NCBI GenBank assembly: GCA_019244185.1 | Contig: JAFATB010000023.1 | Location: 32,001-96,000 of the forward strand | Length of the DNA: 64,000 bases | Direction of reading: 5' to 3' | From: Acidobacteriota bacterium | Lineage (GTDB): Bacteria > Acidobacteriota > Thermoanaerobaculia > Gp7-AA8 | In this document: positions 1-10,221 of the stretch, one piece after another | Layout of the letters: each line of letters opens with the position of its first letter | Position numbering within the stretch: position 1 is the stretch's first letter | Made by a program: the position numbers and the translations under genes | Notes under the pieces: model-generated | Told to the model about the DNA's origin: nothing | Databases searched by the model: none | What the model saw: the letters and a program-made list of their open reading frames with translations, nothing else

Positions 1-3000
1 CGCGGTCGCCGTTGTTGACCAGCGCGGTGAAGAAGACCGTGCGCTCGATGCGCTCAAACGTGTAGCTCGTGTTCGACGGCAGCGCCGTGGCCGTGCGCGA
101 GCCGGCGTCGGAGCGGAGCCGCAGCGGCAGGCCTTTGCCCTTCGTGACGAAGTACGCGTGGGCGCCGCTCGACGGCGTGTCGAGCGCGGTGCCGTAGAAC
201 TCGATCGCGTCGTTCGCGTCGAACGAGCCGTCGCCGCCGTCGGAGACGAAGATCGGGCATTCGTTGCCGTCGACGTACAGGCGCACCGCGTCAGGCACGG
301 TGCCCGGATCGAAGCCGGCGGCCACGATCGCGCTCTTGGTGACGCGATACCACCCCTCGTGCGTGACGTAGAGCTTCGCGGCGGGCGCGCCGAGGATCGC
401 GTACTGCTGATTGACGCGGCGGGTGTCGAATACCTGCGTGATCGGCTGCTGCGCCGCGAAGCCGCGCGCGGAGACGAAGATGCCGCCGTTCTCGAGCGGC
501 GCGGCATTCGCGAGCGTCGGCGCGTCGACGGTCGCCATCGCGGCGGCGGTGAAGCCGCTGTGGACGACGGGCGTGATCGGGCCGTGCATCGTGTGCTCGC
601 CGTTGAGGTCGACGTCTTCGAGCCAGTACTGCACGAACGAGCCGGCGTCGACGTTGTCCTTCCACTGATAGGAGCGGCCCGACTCGAGTCTGCGCGAGGC
701 GGTGAAGAACGCGGAGCCGGCGATGACGTACGGGTTGATCTTCTCGCGCTCGCCGCCGCTGCGCTGGCGATAGAGGTTGAAGCCGAGATTGTCGGACTCG
801 AAGCTGGTCTTCCAGGAGACGACCACGTGGCCGTTGCCGTCCTGCTCCGCGTCGAGCGAGAGCACGCGCGCGAACGTCGGCGCGGGCACGTTCGAAACGA
901 ACGACGCGCTGTTGTTCGTCGTGTTCGTCTCGGACTCGTTGATCGCGACGGTGGCCGTGTTGGTGACCTGCGTCGTGTTGACGGTGATGGTGCCGGTGAT
1001 GGTGATGACCTGCGTTGCGTTCACGGCGAGCGACGCGTAGTTGCACGTCACGGTGCCGCTCGCGAACGTGCACGTCGGCGAGCCCGGCGAGACGTTGGTA
1101 AACGAGACGCCCGACGGGATCGGATCGCTGACGACGACGCCGGTGGCAATCGTCGGGCCGTTGTTCTTGGCGGTCAGCGTGTAGGTGATGGTCTGCCCGA
1201 AGAAGATCGGATCGGGGCTGCCGGTCTTCGTGATCTGCACGTCGGTCTTGTGGACCGTGGTGGTCGTGCTGGCGGTGTTGTTCGCCGTGTTCGTCTCGGG
1301 GTTCGTCGTCGCGGTCGTGACGCTCTGCGTGATCGTGGTCGGATCGGCGAGCGCGGTGGACGTCTTGACGACGAGCTGGAAGTTGCCGGTGGTCGCACCC
1401 GCGGCGAGCGCGGTGCCCGCGGCGATGGTGCAGGTGATCGTGCCGGTGCCGCCGACGGCCGGCGTGGTGCACGACCAGCCCGCGGGCGGCGTCATCGAGA
1501 CGAACGTCGTGCCCGGAGGCGTCGTCTGCGTGAGCGTGACGCCGTAGGCCGGGATGTTCGTCGAGTTGTTCGTGACGGATTCGGTGTAGGTGATGTTGCC
1601 GCCCGCGCCGACGGGATCGGGCGAGTCGGAGATGGCGACGGAGATGTCCGTGCAGCCGGACTTGATGCCGGTGATCTGATCGAAGTCGGCCGTCGTCACG
1701 ATGGTGCCGACCGCGCCCGGCTGCGCGCCGAACGTGTCGTTCGCATCGGTGGTGATGCCGGACGTGCCGCCGAGGACGCTCGAAGCGCCGTTCGGAGTGC
1801 CGTTGGTGGCGATGTAGCCGCCCGCACCGCCGCCGCCGGGGCCGTGACGCTCGCCGGGGTATCCGCCGTTCGCATGGCCGCGCCATGCGTCGCCGCCGTC
1901 GCCGCCGTCGGCGTGCATGGTGAGACCGTTGATGCCGCCGTTGTGCGAGAGCACGACGATCGAGCCGCCGGCGCCACCGCCGCCGCCGCCGTCATTGAGC
2001 GTGTCGTCGTAGGCGTCGGCGCCGTTCGCGTTGATGGTCGCGGTGCCGCTCAGGTTCGCGGCGCGGATGAGGACCATGCCGCCGCCGGCCGCGCCGGAGC
2101 CGCCGAGGTCGCCGGTTGCGTCGCTGTTGTTGCGCGCGCCGCCGCCGCCGCCGCCGCCGAGAACCGCGCGGCCCGGAGAGTCGAAGAACGGAGCGCCGCC
2201 GAAGCCGCCGCGCGCCTGATTGGACTGCCACGCGTTGCCGCCGCCGCCGCCGCGGCCCCAGTTGCCGCCGCCGCCGCCGCCGGAGTTCTGGTCGTTGACC
2301 GTACCGGTATCGGTGCCGCCGCCGCCCGCGTTCGCGGGAGCACCGCGGCCGTAGTCGCCATTGGGATAACCCTGCGGGCCGATGTCGAGCGTCGCGCCCG
2401 AATCGAACAGCAGCTCGGGCGAGCCTGCGATGCCTTCACCCTTGATGCCGTGCGTGTCGTCGGTGGCGATCGCGTTTCGATAGTCGTCCGGCTGCGCGGT
2501 GCCGTTGCCGTCCTGCTGGATGCCGGCCGCGCCGCGGAAGCCCTGGCCGTTCACGCTGACGGTGGCGCTGTTGAGCGTGAGCTGACCGGCGACGTCGATG
2601 GCGAGAATGCCGCCGGTGAAGCCCGTCGTGGTCGTGCCGCCCCACGGACGCGCGGTCAGCGCGGCGCCGAGCGTCGCGTTGAGATACTGCGGCACGCGCA
2701 CGACCTGGAAGCGCCGTTGTCCCTGCGTCGCGGTCGCGGCCGCGTTCGTGTACGCGTACACGAGACCGCCGGAGCCGTTGACGCCGGTGAAGGTGATCGT
2801 GCCGCCCGCCGCGCCGATCGCGGTCGCATTCGTCGCGACCACGTATTCGTAGCGGCCGGCATTGTTCGCGTTGGTGTAGCCGGCGCCGATGCCGGTCACG
2901 CTGCCGGCGACGCCCGCGCCGTTGCCGTAGCGGTCGTCGTTCGTGCTGTCGATCGCCGCGTCCTGCATCTGGATGATGAGCAGCAGGTCGCCGGCGGTGA

Positions 3001-4243
3001 TCGAGTTCGCGGCGCCGGTGCGCGTGCCGGCGGTGATCGAGGTCGCGCCCGCGGCGGCGCTGGCCGTGCCCGGCCAGTAGGAGTTCACGACACCCGTGAT
3101 CGGCGCGGCGGGCGTGCCGTCCTTGCCCGGCTGCGTGCCGCAGACCGTGGCCTGCACGAGCGAGTAGGAGCTCGCGCTGGCGGTGTTCGGCGTGCCGGGG
3201 TCGACGGTGGTCGTCGTCACGGTCCCGGTGTTCGCCGCGATCGCGCCGCCGGTGAGCGGTGCGACGACCTGAATCGAAATCGAGGCGGTGGCGCCGTTCG
3301 TGAGCGTGCCGACGGTGCAGGTGACGGTCGTCGTGCCGCTGCAGGTTCCCTGCGTCGTCGTCGAACTGACGAACGTCACCGTGCCGGGAAGCGTGTCGGT
3401 GACGGTGACGCCGTTCGCGGCCGACGGGCCGTTGTTGTAGACGTAGAAGGTGTAGGTGAGAATCCCGCCCGGTGCGACCGGATCGGGAAGCGCGCTTTCA
3501 TTGAGCTCGACGTCGGCCTGCGCGGGCCGCACGTTGACGGCGATGTCGGTCCAGCTGCGATTGGCCGACAGCGTCCAGCTCATCGTGGTCGTGCCGGCCG
3601 CGGCGGCGCGGCGGCTGCTGGCCGCCTGGACGTCGTTGTTCGACGTGCCGGCGTTGGAGATGTTGTAGTTCTGGGTTTGCGCGGCGTTGACGGTGAGCGT
3701 CACCGACTCGCGCGCGGAGACGAAGTCCACGATGGTGTCGTTCGTGGCGGAGGTCAGTGCGGTCGACGTCGCAGGACTCGTGGTGCCGGTGTTTGTCGAC
3801 ACGATCGTCGACGGCATCGTCTGATTCGCGCCGGAGTACGTGATCGCGCCGATCACCCCGCGGACGGTCTGGCCCGCGCCGACGCCGCCCATCGTCACAC
3901 TCACATTGTTCGTTCCCGTGTTCGGATTGAGCAGGTACCACACCTCGGTACGCGTATCGACGGCCGCGTCCGTGATCGCTTCGAGCAGCGTCAGCGTCTG
4001 CGCGCCGTACGAGACGCTCGTCACCGTCGCGCCGGTCGGCGTGTTGACGTTCATGTGCACGCCGACGAGCAGCAGGCGATTGTTCGCCGTAGCTGCCGGG
4101 ATCGTGTGCGCCATCGTGACGGTCGGCGCGCCGTTGGTGAAGTTCGCCGCCGCCGAGTTCTGCACGACGAGCGTGGCCTGCGCCATAGCGGACGCGGCAA
4201 CGAAAAACGAGACGATTGCAGCAGGGATCAACCGGCGCAGCAT
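1..4243 (-). CDS. Large secreted DUF11-repeat / C25 (gingipain-like) peptidase-family protein, 3' end beyond window
   Basis: Not in the ORF track because it has no stop in the window. AAGGAG RBS, then ATG at 4243 giving MLRRLIPAAIVSFFVAASAMAQ (signal peptide). Frame checked at several points. Three DUF11-type units (e.g. PDPVAPGGILTYTFYVYNNGPSAANGVTVTDTLP), a Gly-rich region, WKTSFESDNLGFNLYR, and KLYVTHEGWYRVT...IEFYG, typical of the region preceding C25 catalytic domains. The catalytic domain itself is not visible. Confidence 0.8.
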   Translation of the reverse strand, partial: MLRRLIPAAIVSFFVAASAMAQATLVVQNSAAANFTNGAPTVTMAHTIPAATANNRLLLVGVHMNVNTPTGATVTSVSYGAQTLTLLEAITDAAVDTRTEVWYLLNPNTGTNNVSVTMGGVGAGQTVRGVIGAITYSGANQTMPSTIVSTNTGTTSPATSTALTSATNDTIVDFVSARESVTLTVNAAQTQNYNISNAGTSNNDVQAASSRRAAAAGTTTMSWTLSANRSWTDIAVNVRPAQADVELNESALPDPVAPGGILTYTFYVYNNGPSAANGVTVTDTLPGTVTFVSSTTTQGTCSGTTTVTCTVGTLTNGATASISIQVVAPLTGGAIAANTGTVTTTTVDPGTPNTASASSYSLVQATVCGTQPGKDGTPAAPITGVVNSYWPGTASAAAGATSITAGTRTGAANSITAGDLLLIIQMQDAAIDSTNDDRYGNGAGVAGSVTGIGAGYTNANNAGRYEYVVATNATAIGAAGGTITFTGVNGSGGLVYAYTNAAATATQGQRRFQVVRVPQYLNATLGAALTARPWGGTTTTGFTGGILAIDVAGQLTLNSATVSVNGQGFRGAAGIQQDGNGTAQPDDYRNAIATDDTHGIKGEGIAGSPELLFDSGATLDIGPQGYPNGDYGRGAPANAGGGGTDTGTVNDQNSGGGGGGNWGRGGGGGNAWQSNQARGGFGGAPFFDSPGRAVLGGGGGGGARNNSDATGDLGGSGAAGGGMVLIRAANLSGTATINANGADAYDDTLNDGGGGGGAGGSIVVLSHNGGINGLTMHADGGDGGDAWRGHANGGYPGERHGPGGGGAGGYIATNGTPNGASSVLGGTSGITTDANDTFGAQPGAVGTIVTTADFDQITGIKSGCTDISVAISDSPDPVGAGGNITYTESVTNNSTNIPAYGVTLTQTTPPGTTFVSMTPPAGWSCTTPAVGGTGTITCTIAAGTALAAGATTGNFQLVVKTSTALADPTTITQSVTTATTNPETNTANNTASTTTTVHKTDVQITKTGSPDPIFFGQTITYTLTAKNNGPTIATGVVVSDPIPSGVSFTNVSPGSPTCTFASGTVTCNYASLAVNATQVITITGTITVNTTQVTNTATVAINESETNTTNNSASFVSNVPAPTFARVLSLDAEQDGNGHVVVSWKTSFESDNLGFNLYRQRSGGEREKINPYVIAGSAFFTASRRLESGRSYQWKDNVDAGSFVQYWLEDVDLNGEHTMHGPITPVVHSGFTAAAMATVDAPTLANAAPLENGGIFVSARGFAAQQPITQVFDTRRVNQQYAILGAPAAKLYVTHEGWYRVTKSAIVAAGFDPGTVPDAVRLYVDGNECPIFVSDGGDGSFDANDAIEFYGTALDTPSSGAHAYFVTKGKGLPLRLRSDAGSRTATALPSNTSYTFERIERTVFFTALVNNGDR

Positions 4244-4406
4244 GGACCTTCTCCTTAGGACGATGAGCGTGTTGAACAGCTTACGGCGCGAGGACGTTCC
4301 CGCGGCGCCTCTCTTCGCGACGTTATCCTGACCTAGTTCGCCGCCTCTGGGCGCTCGGCAGCCGTCAAGAAGCCGTGAAATGTGCCGATTTCCGGCCGCG
4401 CTTCGC

Positions 4407-5207
4407 TTAGAAGGCGATGCCGGGCATCAGCAACGGCTCGATGTCGCGTCCGAAGAACAACATGACGAGCGCCGCAAGTCCGAGAAAAACGCCGAAGGGC
4501 AATTCCGCCTTCATGCCCTTCGCGCTGCGCGCCGCGACGGTGATGCCGATGACCGCGCCGGAGACGGACGCGAGCAGTAGCACGGGAAACAAGGCCTGCC
4601 ATCCGAGGATCGCGCCGAGCATCGCCATCATCTTCACGTCGCCGAGTCCCATGCCTTCGATCTTCTGCACGAGCTTGTAGGCGAGCGCGATGGCGAGAAT
4701 GCCGCCCGCACCGATGAGCGCGCCGAGAATCGACTCGCGCAACGTCGAAGCGAGCGCGAGCTCCGGATGCAACGCGCCGAGATGCAAAGCGCCGATCGCC
4801 AGACCGATGGCGACGCCCGGAAGGTCGATCACGTCGGGGAGAATCTGAATGTCGAGGTCGATGTAGATGAGCGCGATGAGCATCGACACGACGGCCGCGA
4901 CGAGCAGAAACGCGGGCGAGAGTCCCGTGCGCTGAAAGATGGCGAGATAGAACAGCGCGTTAGCGAGCTCGACTAGCGGATAGCGCGCGCCGATCGGCTC
5001 ATGACACTCGCGGCAGCGTCCGCGGAGCCAGAGGTAGCTGACGATCGGGATGTTGTCGTACGGCCGGATCGGCGTCGCGCAATGCGGGCAGCGGCTCGGC
5101 GGAAAGACGATCGATTCCTCGCGCGGATAGCGATGGATGACGACGTTGAGGAAGCTGCCAAAGATCGCCCCAAGAGCGAACGCCACAACCGAAAAGAACA
5201 AACCCAT
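4407..5207 (-). CDS. pilD: Prepilin peptidase / N-methyltransferase (A24)
   Basis: GSFLNVVIHRYP, CPHC...CREC zinc motifs, GMGLGDVK, LPFGVFL. Confidence 0.95.
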   Translation of the reverse strand: MGLFFSVVAFALGAIFGSFLNVVIHRYPREESIVFPPSRCPHCATPIRPYDNIPIVSYLWLRGRCRECHEPIGARYPLVELANALFYLAIFQRTGLSPAFLLVAAVVSMLIALIYIDLDIQILPDVIDLPGVAIGLAIGALHLGALHPELALASTLRESILGALIGAGGILAIALAYKLVQKIEGMGLGDVKMMAMLGAILGWQALFPVLLLASVSGAVIGITVAARSAKGMKAELPFGVFLGLAALVMLFFGRDIEPLLMPGIAF

Positions 5208-5224
5208 ACGCCACCCGATTGTAG

Positions 5225-5407
5225 GCCGGCACGGCCGGCTGCGCTAAGGGCCGAGCCGACCCTCACGTACGGCTGCCGCGCGAGTTCACGATGTGGCGGA
5301 TGCACGAGAGACGGCGACGAGCTCGCGTGCAGCCGCGCCGGATGAAATCGCGCTGCAGCCGTACGTGCAACTGGGCTCGGCCCTTAGCGCACCGGGCCGC
5401 GCCCGGC
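5225..5407. repeat. Long imperfect inverted repeat (REPIN/MITE-like or structured RNA)
   Basis: tgcgctaagggccgagcc (5240-5257) pairs perfectly with 5374-5391. cacgtacggctgc (5264-5276) pairs perfectly with 5355-5367. Confidence 0.75.
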
Positions 5408-5413
5408 GGCCGG

Positions 5414-5508
5414 CGGAGGCGTGTCGGAATCGAACCAACCTTTCGACGCTTCCGCGCCGAAACAACGGTTTTGAAGACCGCGGGAGCCACCAGACCCCAT
5501 TCGCCTCC
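5414..5508 (-). tRNA. selC: tRNA-Sec (UCA)
   Basis: GGAGGCGAATGGGGTCTGGTGGCTCCCGCGGTCTTCAAAACCG...GGTTCGATTCC...CGCCTCCG. UCA anticodon, long variable arm, extended D-stem, ~95 nt. Followed by CCG rather than CCA. Confidence 0.95.
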
Positions 5509-5582
5509 CGGTTTCCGGGCTGGCGACGATACCTGAAACGCGGCTCGCGCGTCGATGAGACCTGCTGCGCTCGATCGGTCGG

Positions 5583-6516
5583 GTGGTGTTGGCGACGGTA
5601 GGTGCGGGGGTCGTGGCGTTTCTCGTGTTCGCGGCGGTGTTACGCCAGCCGGTGCTCTCCGCGCCGCGGTATGGAGGTGCGCGTGCGAGCGCGGAGGTGC
5701 TTCGTCAACACGTTGACTTTCTGGCGAAGAGCGTGTTGCCGCGGAGTGCGGCGCATCCGGAGAACCTCGATCGCGCGGCGGCGTACATCGCGGACGCGTT
5801 TCGACGCGCGGGTGCGGAGGTCGTGGAGCAACCGTTCCGCGCGCGCGGACGCGTGTCCCGCAACGTCATCGCGCGGTTCGGACCGCGCGATGCGCGGCAG
5901 CCGCTGCTCGTGGTCGGCGCGCACTACGACGCGTTCGGCGAGACGGGCGCGCTGCCCGGCGCCGACGACAACGCGAGCGGCACCGCGGGTCTCCTCGAGC
6001 TCGCCCGCATCCTCCGCGACTCCAACGTGCACGCGCCCGTGGAGCTCGTCGCCTTCACGACGGAAGAGCCGCCGTTCTTCGGCTCGGAGGAGATGGGAAG
6101 CGCGGTCCACGCCGCGTCGCTTGCGGGACGACCGGTGCGCGGCATGATCAGTCTGGAGATGATCGGCGTCTTCTCTGGCGAGCAGACGTGGCCATCGCCG
6201 CTCTTCGCGTGGCTCTACACCGATCGGAGCGACTTCATCGCCGTCGCCGGCGGCTGGTCGGATCGCGCGCTTGCGCGTCAGGTGAAGCGCGGCATCCGCG
6301 GCGTGGGCGGCGTCGACGTCTACTCGTTCAGCGGTGCGCGAGAACTGTCCGACGCTTCCGACCAGCGCAGCCACTGGGCGCGCGGCTGGACGGCGGTCAT
6401 CGTCACCGACACCGAGTACCTGCGCAATCCGCGCTACCACACGAACCGCGACACCGCGGAGACGCTCGACTACGCGTTGATGGCGCGCGTTGTCGACGGC
6501 GTCGCGAACGCGGTCA

Positions 6517-6536
<20 letters not shown>
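5583..6536 (+). CDS. M28 family metallopeptidase
   Basis: VGAHYD, GADDNASG, TTEEPP and SDQ motifs; N-terminal hydrophobic anchor. Confidence 0.9.
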
Positions 6537-6939
<403 letters not shown>

Positions 6940-6947
6940 GTCGCCTC

Positions 6948-7394
6948 CTACTGCCCGCCGCCGGCCATCTGCCTGCCCGCCATCTGGTTCTCGGTGAGGA
7001 TTGCCACGCCGCGGAACTCCGCCGCGTTCGCCGCGCGCATCACCGTGCGGATCTTCCCGAAGTTAATGCGCTTGTCCGCTTTGAGCAGCACCGCGCGCGT
7101 CGGGTCCTTCTGATATTCGGCTCGCAGATACGTGTCGAGCTGTTTGTCGGGAATCCAGTTCTGGCCGACGAAGACCGTGCCGTCCGACTTCACGGAGATG
7201 ATCAGATCGCTCGGCTGCCCCGGCTTCTTCTCGGCGTGCGGACCCGCGGGCAGCAACACGTCGACGCCCTGCTGCAGCATGGGCGTGACGACCATAAAGA
7301 TGATGAGCAGCACGAGGCAGACGTCGACGAGCGGCGTGACGTTGATCTCGCTCCTGACTTCGTCGGGGCTTCCGCCGCCGGCTCCGAATGCCAT
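6948..7394 (-). CDS. ExbD/TolR biopolymer transport protein
   Basis: SEINVTPLVDVCLVLLIIFMVVTP. Confidence 0.93.
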   Translation of the reverse strand: MAFGAGGGSPDEVRSEINVTPLVDVCLVLLIIFMVVTPMLQQGVDVLLPAGPHAEKKPGQPSDLIISVKSDGTVFVGQNWIPDKQLDTYLRAEYQKDPTRAVLLKADKRINFGKIRTVMRAANAAEFRGVAILTENQMAGRQMAGGGQ

Positions 7395-7403
7395 CGCTCG
7401 CTC

Positions 7404-8117
7404 CTACGTCGTGGCCCGCGCCCGCGCGCGCGCTTCGTTCTTGATGAAGTAGTCGATCAGCTGCGACGAGGAGTTCGACATCTCGACCTGGAATCGCTCG
7501 ACCTTGTTGAGGAAGTAGTTGTACATCCACACCGCGGGCACGGCGACGAAGAGGCCGAGCGCGGTCGTCGCGAGCGCTTCCGCGATGCCGGCCGACACGG
7601 CGCCAAGACCGCCCGAGCCGGAGATGGCCATGCCGCGGAACGCGTTGATGATGCCGATGACGGTGCCGAAGAGACCGACGAACGGCGCGGTCGTCGAGAT
7701 CGTGGCGAGGTTGCCGAGGCCTTTCTTCATCTCCGCCGTCGTCATCAGCGTCTCACGCTCGATCGCCCTCTTTCCCGACTCGACGATGTCGAAGTCCTCG
7801 GGGAGCTCCTGCGACGACTGATACTGAAACTCCGTGAGGCCCGCCGACAGCACGCGCGCGAGGTGGCTGTGGCGGAAGCGGCGGTCCTTCGTGAAGTTGA
7901 TCGCCTGATCGAGCTTGTGATCGCGCAGCAGAGGCGTGACGCCGAGGGCGACCTGCAGCGACTCTTTCTTCGCGCGCTGGAAGCGCCACAGACGCTCGAC
8001 CGCGATCGTGAGCGACCAGATCGACATGAGGAGCAAGACCGACGCGACGCCCTTGCCCAGCAGCGTCATCGACTGCCACATGCCCAAGATACTGAAACTG
8101 GCGTCCATCCCTTCCAT
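7404..8117 (-). CDS. MotA/TolQ/ExbB proton channel protein
   Basis: LATISTTAPFVGLFGTV, GIAEALATTALGL. Start reassigned to the ATG after a GAGGAG RBS. Confidence 0.93.
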   Translation of the reverse strand: MEGMDASFSILGMWQSMTLLGKGVASVLLLMSIWSLTIAVERLWRFQRAKKESLQVALGVTPLLRDHKLDQAINFTKDRRFRHSHLARVLSAGLTEFQYQSSQELPEDFDIVESGKRAIERETLMTTAEMKKGLGNLATISTTAPFVGLFGTVIGIINAFRGMAISGSGGLGAVSAGIAEALATTALGLFVAVPAVWMYNYFLNKVERFQVEMSNSSSQLIDYFIKNEARARARATT

Positions 8118-8134
8118 GCTGCACGTCTCCTCTG

Positions 8135-8923
8135 CTATTCGATTTTGAAGTTGATCGTGAGGTTGTAATACACCGGCACCGCCTGTCCGTTGAGCGTGCC
8201 CGGTCTGAACTTCCACTGCCGCAGCGCGTTGAGCGCCGTTTCATCGAGCCCCATCCCAAGACTCTTGAGGATGCGCGCCTCGGTCACGTTGCCGTTGCGA
8301 TCGATGACCGCCTCGATGATCACGAATCCCTGCACGCGCGCACGCCGCGCGACGTCCGTATACAACGGATCTACGCGTTTGACGATCACCGGCGCCTTGA
8401 CGTTCCCTCCGACGCGCACCGGGACGTCGCCGGTGCCGCCGACCTGGCCGCCCAACTGCCCGCCGAGCTGACCGCCGACCACGCCGCCGACGACACCACC
8501 CACCACGCCACCGACGACGCCACCTTCGACGCCGCCGACCACGCCGCCTTCCACGCCGCCGGTCGTGTCGGTGTCGGCGGAGGTCTCGGGGACGTCGGGC
8601 ACGTCCTGCGGGACTTCGGTCGGCTGCCGGAACGTCGGCTGCTTCGGCGTCTCGTGCGGCGTCTCGACTTTCGGTTTCGGATGCGAGGCGCCCGACGCGG
8701 GGGCGGGCGGCGGCGGGGGTGGAGGCGGCGGTGGGGGCGCGGAGGTGACGATGAACGCCGCGATCGGTTTCTCGACGGTCTCGGGATGCTCGTGAACGTA
8801 CATCCCCGCCGCCACGACGGCGCCGACGATGCCGAGGTGAATGACCGCGGAAATCACGGCGGTGATCCACCCGCCCTTCTTCTTGTCTTTCCCCGCGGAT
8901 TCGATGAGCACATCGTCGAACAT
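8135..8923 (-). CDS. tonB: Energy transducer TonB
   Basis: N-terminal TM with SAVIH, poly-Pro, GGVEGGVVGG repeats, C-terminal TonB domain (ALRQWKFRPG). Start at MFDDVLIES. Confidence 0.92.
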   Translation of the reverse strand: MFDDVLIESAGKDKKKGGWITAVISAVIHLGIVGAVVAAGMYVHEHPETVEKPIAAFIVTSAPPPPPPPPPPPAPASGASHPKPKVETPHETPKQPTFRQPTEVPQDVPDVPETSADTDTTGGVEGGVVGGVEGGVVGGVVGGVVGGVVGGQLGGQLGGQVGGTGDVPVRVGGNVKAPVIVKRVDPLYTDVARRARVQGFVIIEAVIDRNGNVTEARILKSLGMGLDETALNALRQWKFRPGTLNGQAVPVYYNLTINFKIE

Positions 8924-8958
8924 CGCGAATCCCCTTTGTTTCGAGGACAACGGCCTGT

Positions 8959-8973
8959 GCTGAAGTAGTGCCA
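8959..8973 (-). promoter_or_regulatory. Possible sigma54 -24/-12 promoter of the tonB-exbBDD operon
   Basis: TGGCACTACTTCAGC fits GG-N10-GC with a perfect TGGCAC. Confidence 0.5.
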
Positions 8974-9024
8974 AACGGTTCGACACCGCCCGCTCGCGGG
9001 GAGAAACCGGCGCCGGCGTTGCCG

Positions 9025-9750
9025 TTACGGGCGGTTCGCCGCCCGCAGCAAGGCGAGGAAGCGCTGCGCGTCGCGCACGCGCGGGACGTTGTTGAACATG
9101 ACGTAGGTCTCGGGCGTCCGCGGCAGCCGCGCGATGAGCGTCCGCAGCTCGTCGTCCGTGTAGACGTGATACGCGTTCCCGATGCCGTGCAGCCGCCAGT
9201 AGGTGAGCGGCTGCTCGATCGCGTCGCGGTCGAACGGATCGACGACATGCGTCAGCGCGAGCTCGCCGCAGAGTTCCGCGATCAGCTCCTGCGGCCACGG
9301 CCCGCGCGGCTCCCACAGGAACCGCACGCCGTCCGGACGCTCGACGTTCGTAAAGAAGCGTCGCAGGTTTACGACGTTCGCGTCTTCCGCGCGAAAACTC
9401 GCCGGACATTGAAAGAGAATCGCCGTCGCGCGCAGGATCCGCGCCGCCTCGACGGTCGAGTCCCACGCGCGCCGCAGAATGGGCGTCCATTGAAAGCCGC
9501 CGCATTGTGCGCGCTCGTCGTCATTGAGCGGCGTGCGCAGACGCCGATAAGTGCGGCTTGACGAGCGATGCGTAATGAGCTGCCAAGCCTTGATCGTGAA
9601 TTCGAACCCTTCCGGCGCCTGCTCCCGCCACCGGAGCATGGTGCGCGGCGCGGGCGGCTCATAAAACGTCTGCTGCACTTCGACGAGTGGGAAGGTCTCG
9701 AAGTAGTCGCGGATGTTCATGGTGAAGCCGCAGAGGCCGACTTTGATCAT
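9025..9750 (-). CDS. DUF72 domain protein
   Basis: YFETFPLVEVQQTFY, FEFTIKAWQLITH, LFQCPASF, YVMFNN. Confidence 0.9.
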   Translation of the reverse strand: MIKVGLCGFTMNIRDYFETFPLVEVQQTFYEPPAPRTMLRWREQAPEGFEFTIKAWQLITHRSSSRTYRRLRTPLNDDERAQCGGFQWTPILRRAWDSTVEAARILRATAILFQCPASFRAEDANVVNLRRFFTNVERPDGVRFLWEPRGPWPQELIAELCGELALTHVVDPFDRDAIEQPLTYWRLHGIGNAYHVYTDDELRTLIARLPRTPETYVMFNNVPRVRDAQRFLALLRAANRP

Positions 9751-9809
9751 GCGCAGCGTTCAGGGAGCAAGAAGGCCGCCCATCAACAGCGCGCGCGGCG
9801 CGCAGTCGG

Positions 9810-9845
9810 AAAAACGAAAAGCGCCGGTCATGCCTGACCGGCGCT
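9810..9845 (-). terminator. Intrinsic terminator after tRNA-Ala
   Basis: AGCGCCGGTCA-GGCA-TGACCGGCGCT followed by TTTCGTTTTT. Confidence 0.85.
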
Positions 9846-9862
9846 GCATCGTCTTCGGGAAT

Positions 9863-9939
9863 TGGTGGAGCCGATGAGGATCGAACTCACGACCTCCTGA
9901 ATGCCATTCAGGCGCTCTCCCAAACTGAGCTACGGCCCC
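9863..9939 (-). tRNA. tRNA-Ala (GGC)
   Basis: GGGGCCGTAGCTCAGTTTGGGAGAGCGCCTGAATGGCATTCAGG...GTTCGATC...GGCTCCACCA. Confidence 0.97.
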
Positions 9940-10017
9940 ACGTTCTCGTCGCGCGACCGAGGCGCGAAGAGCAACGCCGCTAACGCGGCGGCACCTGAAA
10001 AATTTCAGGGCGGGCGC

Positions 10018-10047
10018 ATTCTACGGGAGTGCGTTAGCATTCGGCAA
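10018..10047 (-). promoter_or_regulatory. sigma70-type promoter of tRNA-Ala
   Basis: TTGCCG-N18-TAGAAT followed by a GC-rich discriminator. Confidence 0.65.
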
Positions 10048-10221
10048 TGCGCAGGGGAAAGCCGAAGTTCGGTCGCCAGCGATCGGCCAGCGGAGCGTTC
10101 TCGCTCTCCCGTTCCCTCCCCGCGCTCAAGCTGCCGCGCTCCGCGGCGGCCGCGTCCGGTGCCCGCCCGAAGCCGCGCATCGGGAAGCCCTCACCGGCCG
10201 GCGGTGTTAGGGGCGGCCGGA

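Noticed and set aside
158-4258. 1366-aa plus-strand ORF
   Set aside because: Arg/Ala-rich antisense shadow of the real minus-strand protein, which has an RBS, a signal peptide and recognisable domains.
8440-8560. 12-bp periodic repeats as CRISPR or VNTR
   Set aside because: They encode the GGVxGG linker of TonB; there are no spacers or cas genes.
9901-10221. N-terminal extension of the BFD-like ORF
   Set aside because: It overlaps tRNA-Ala and its promoter on the opposite strand.
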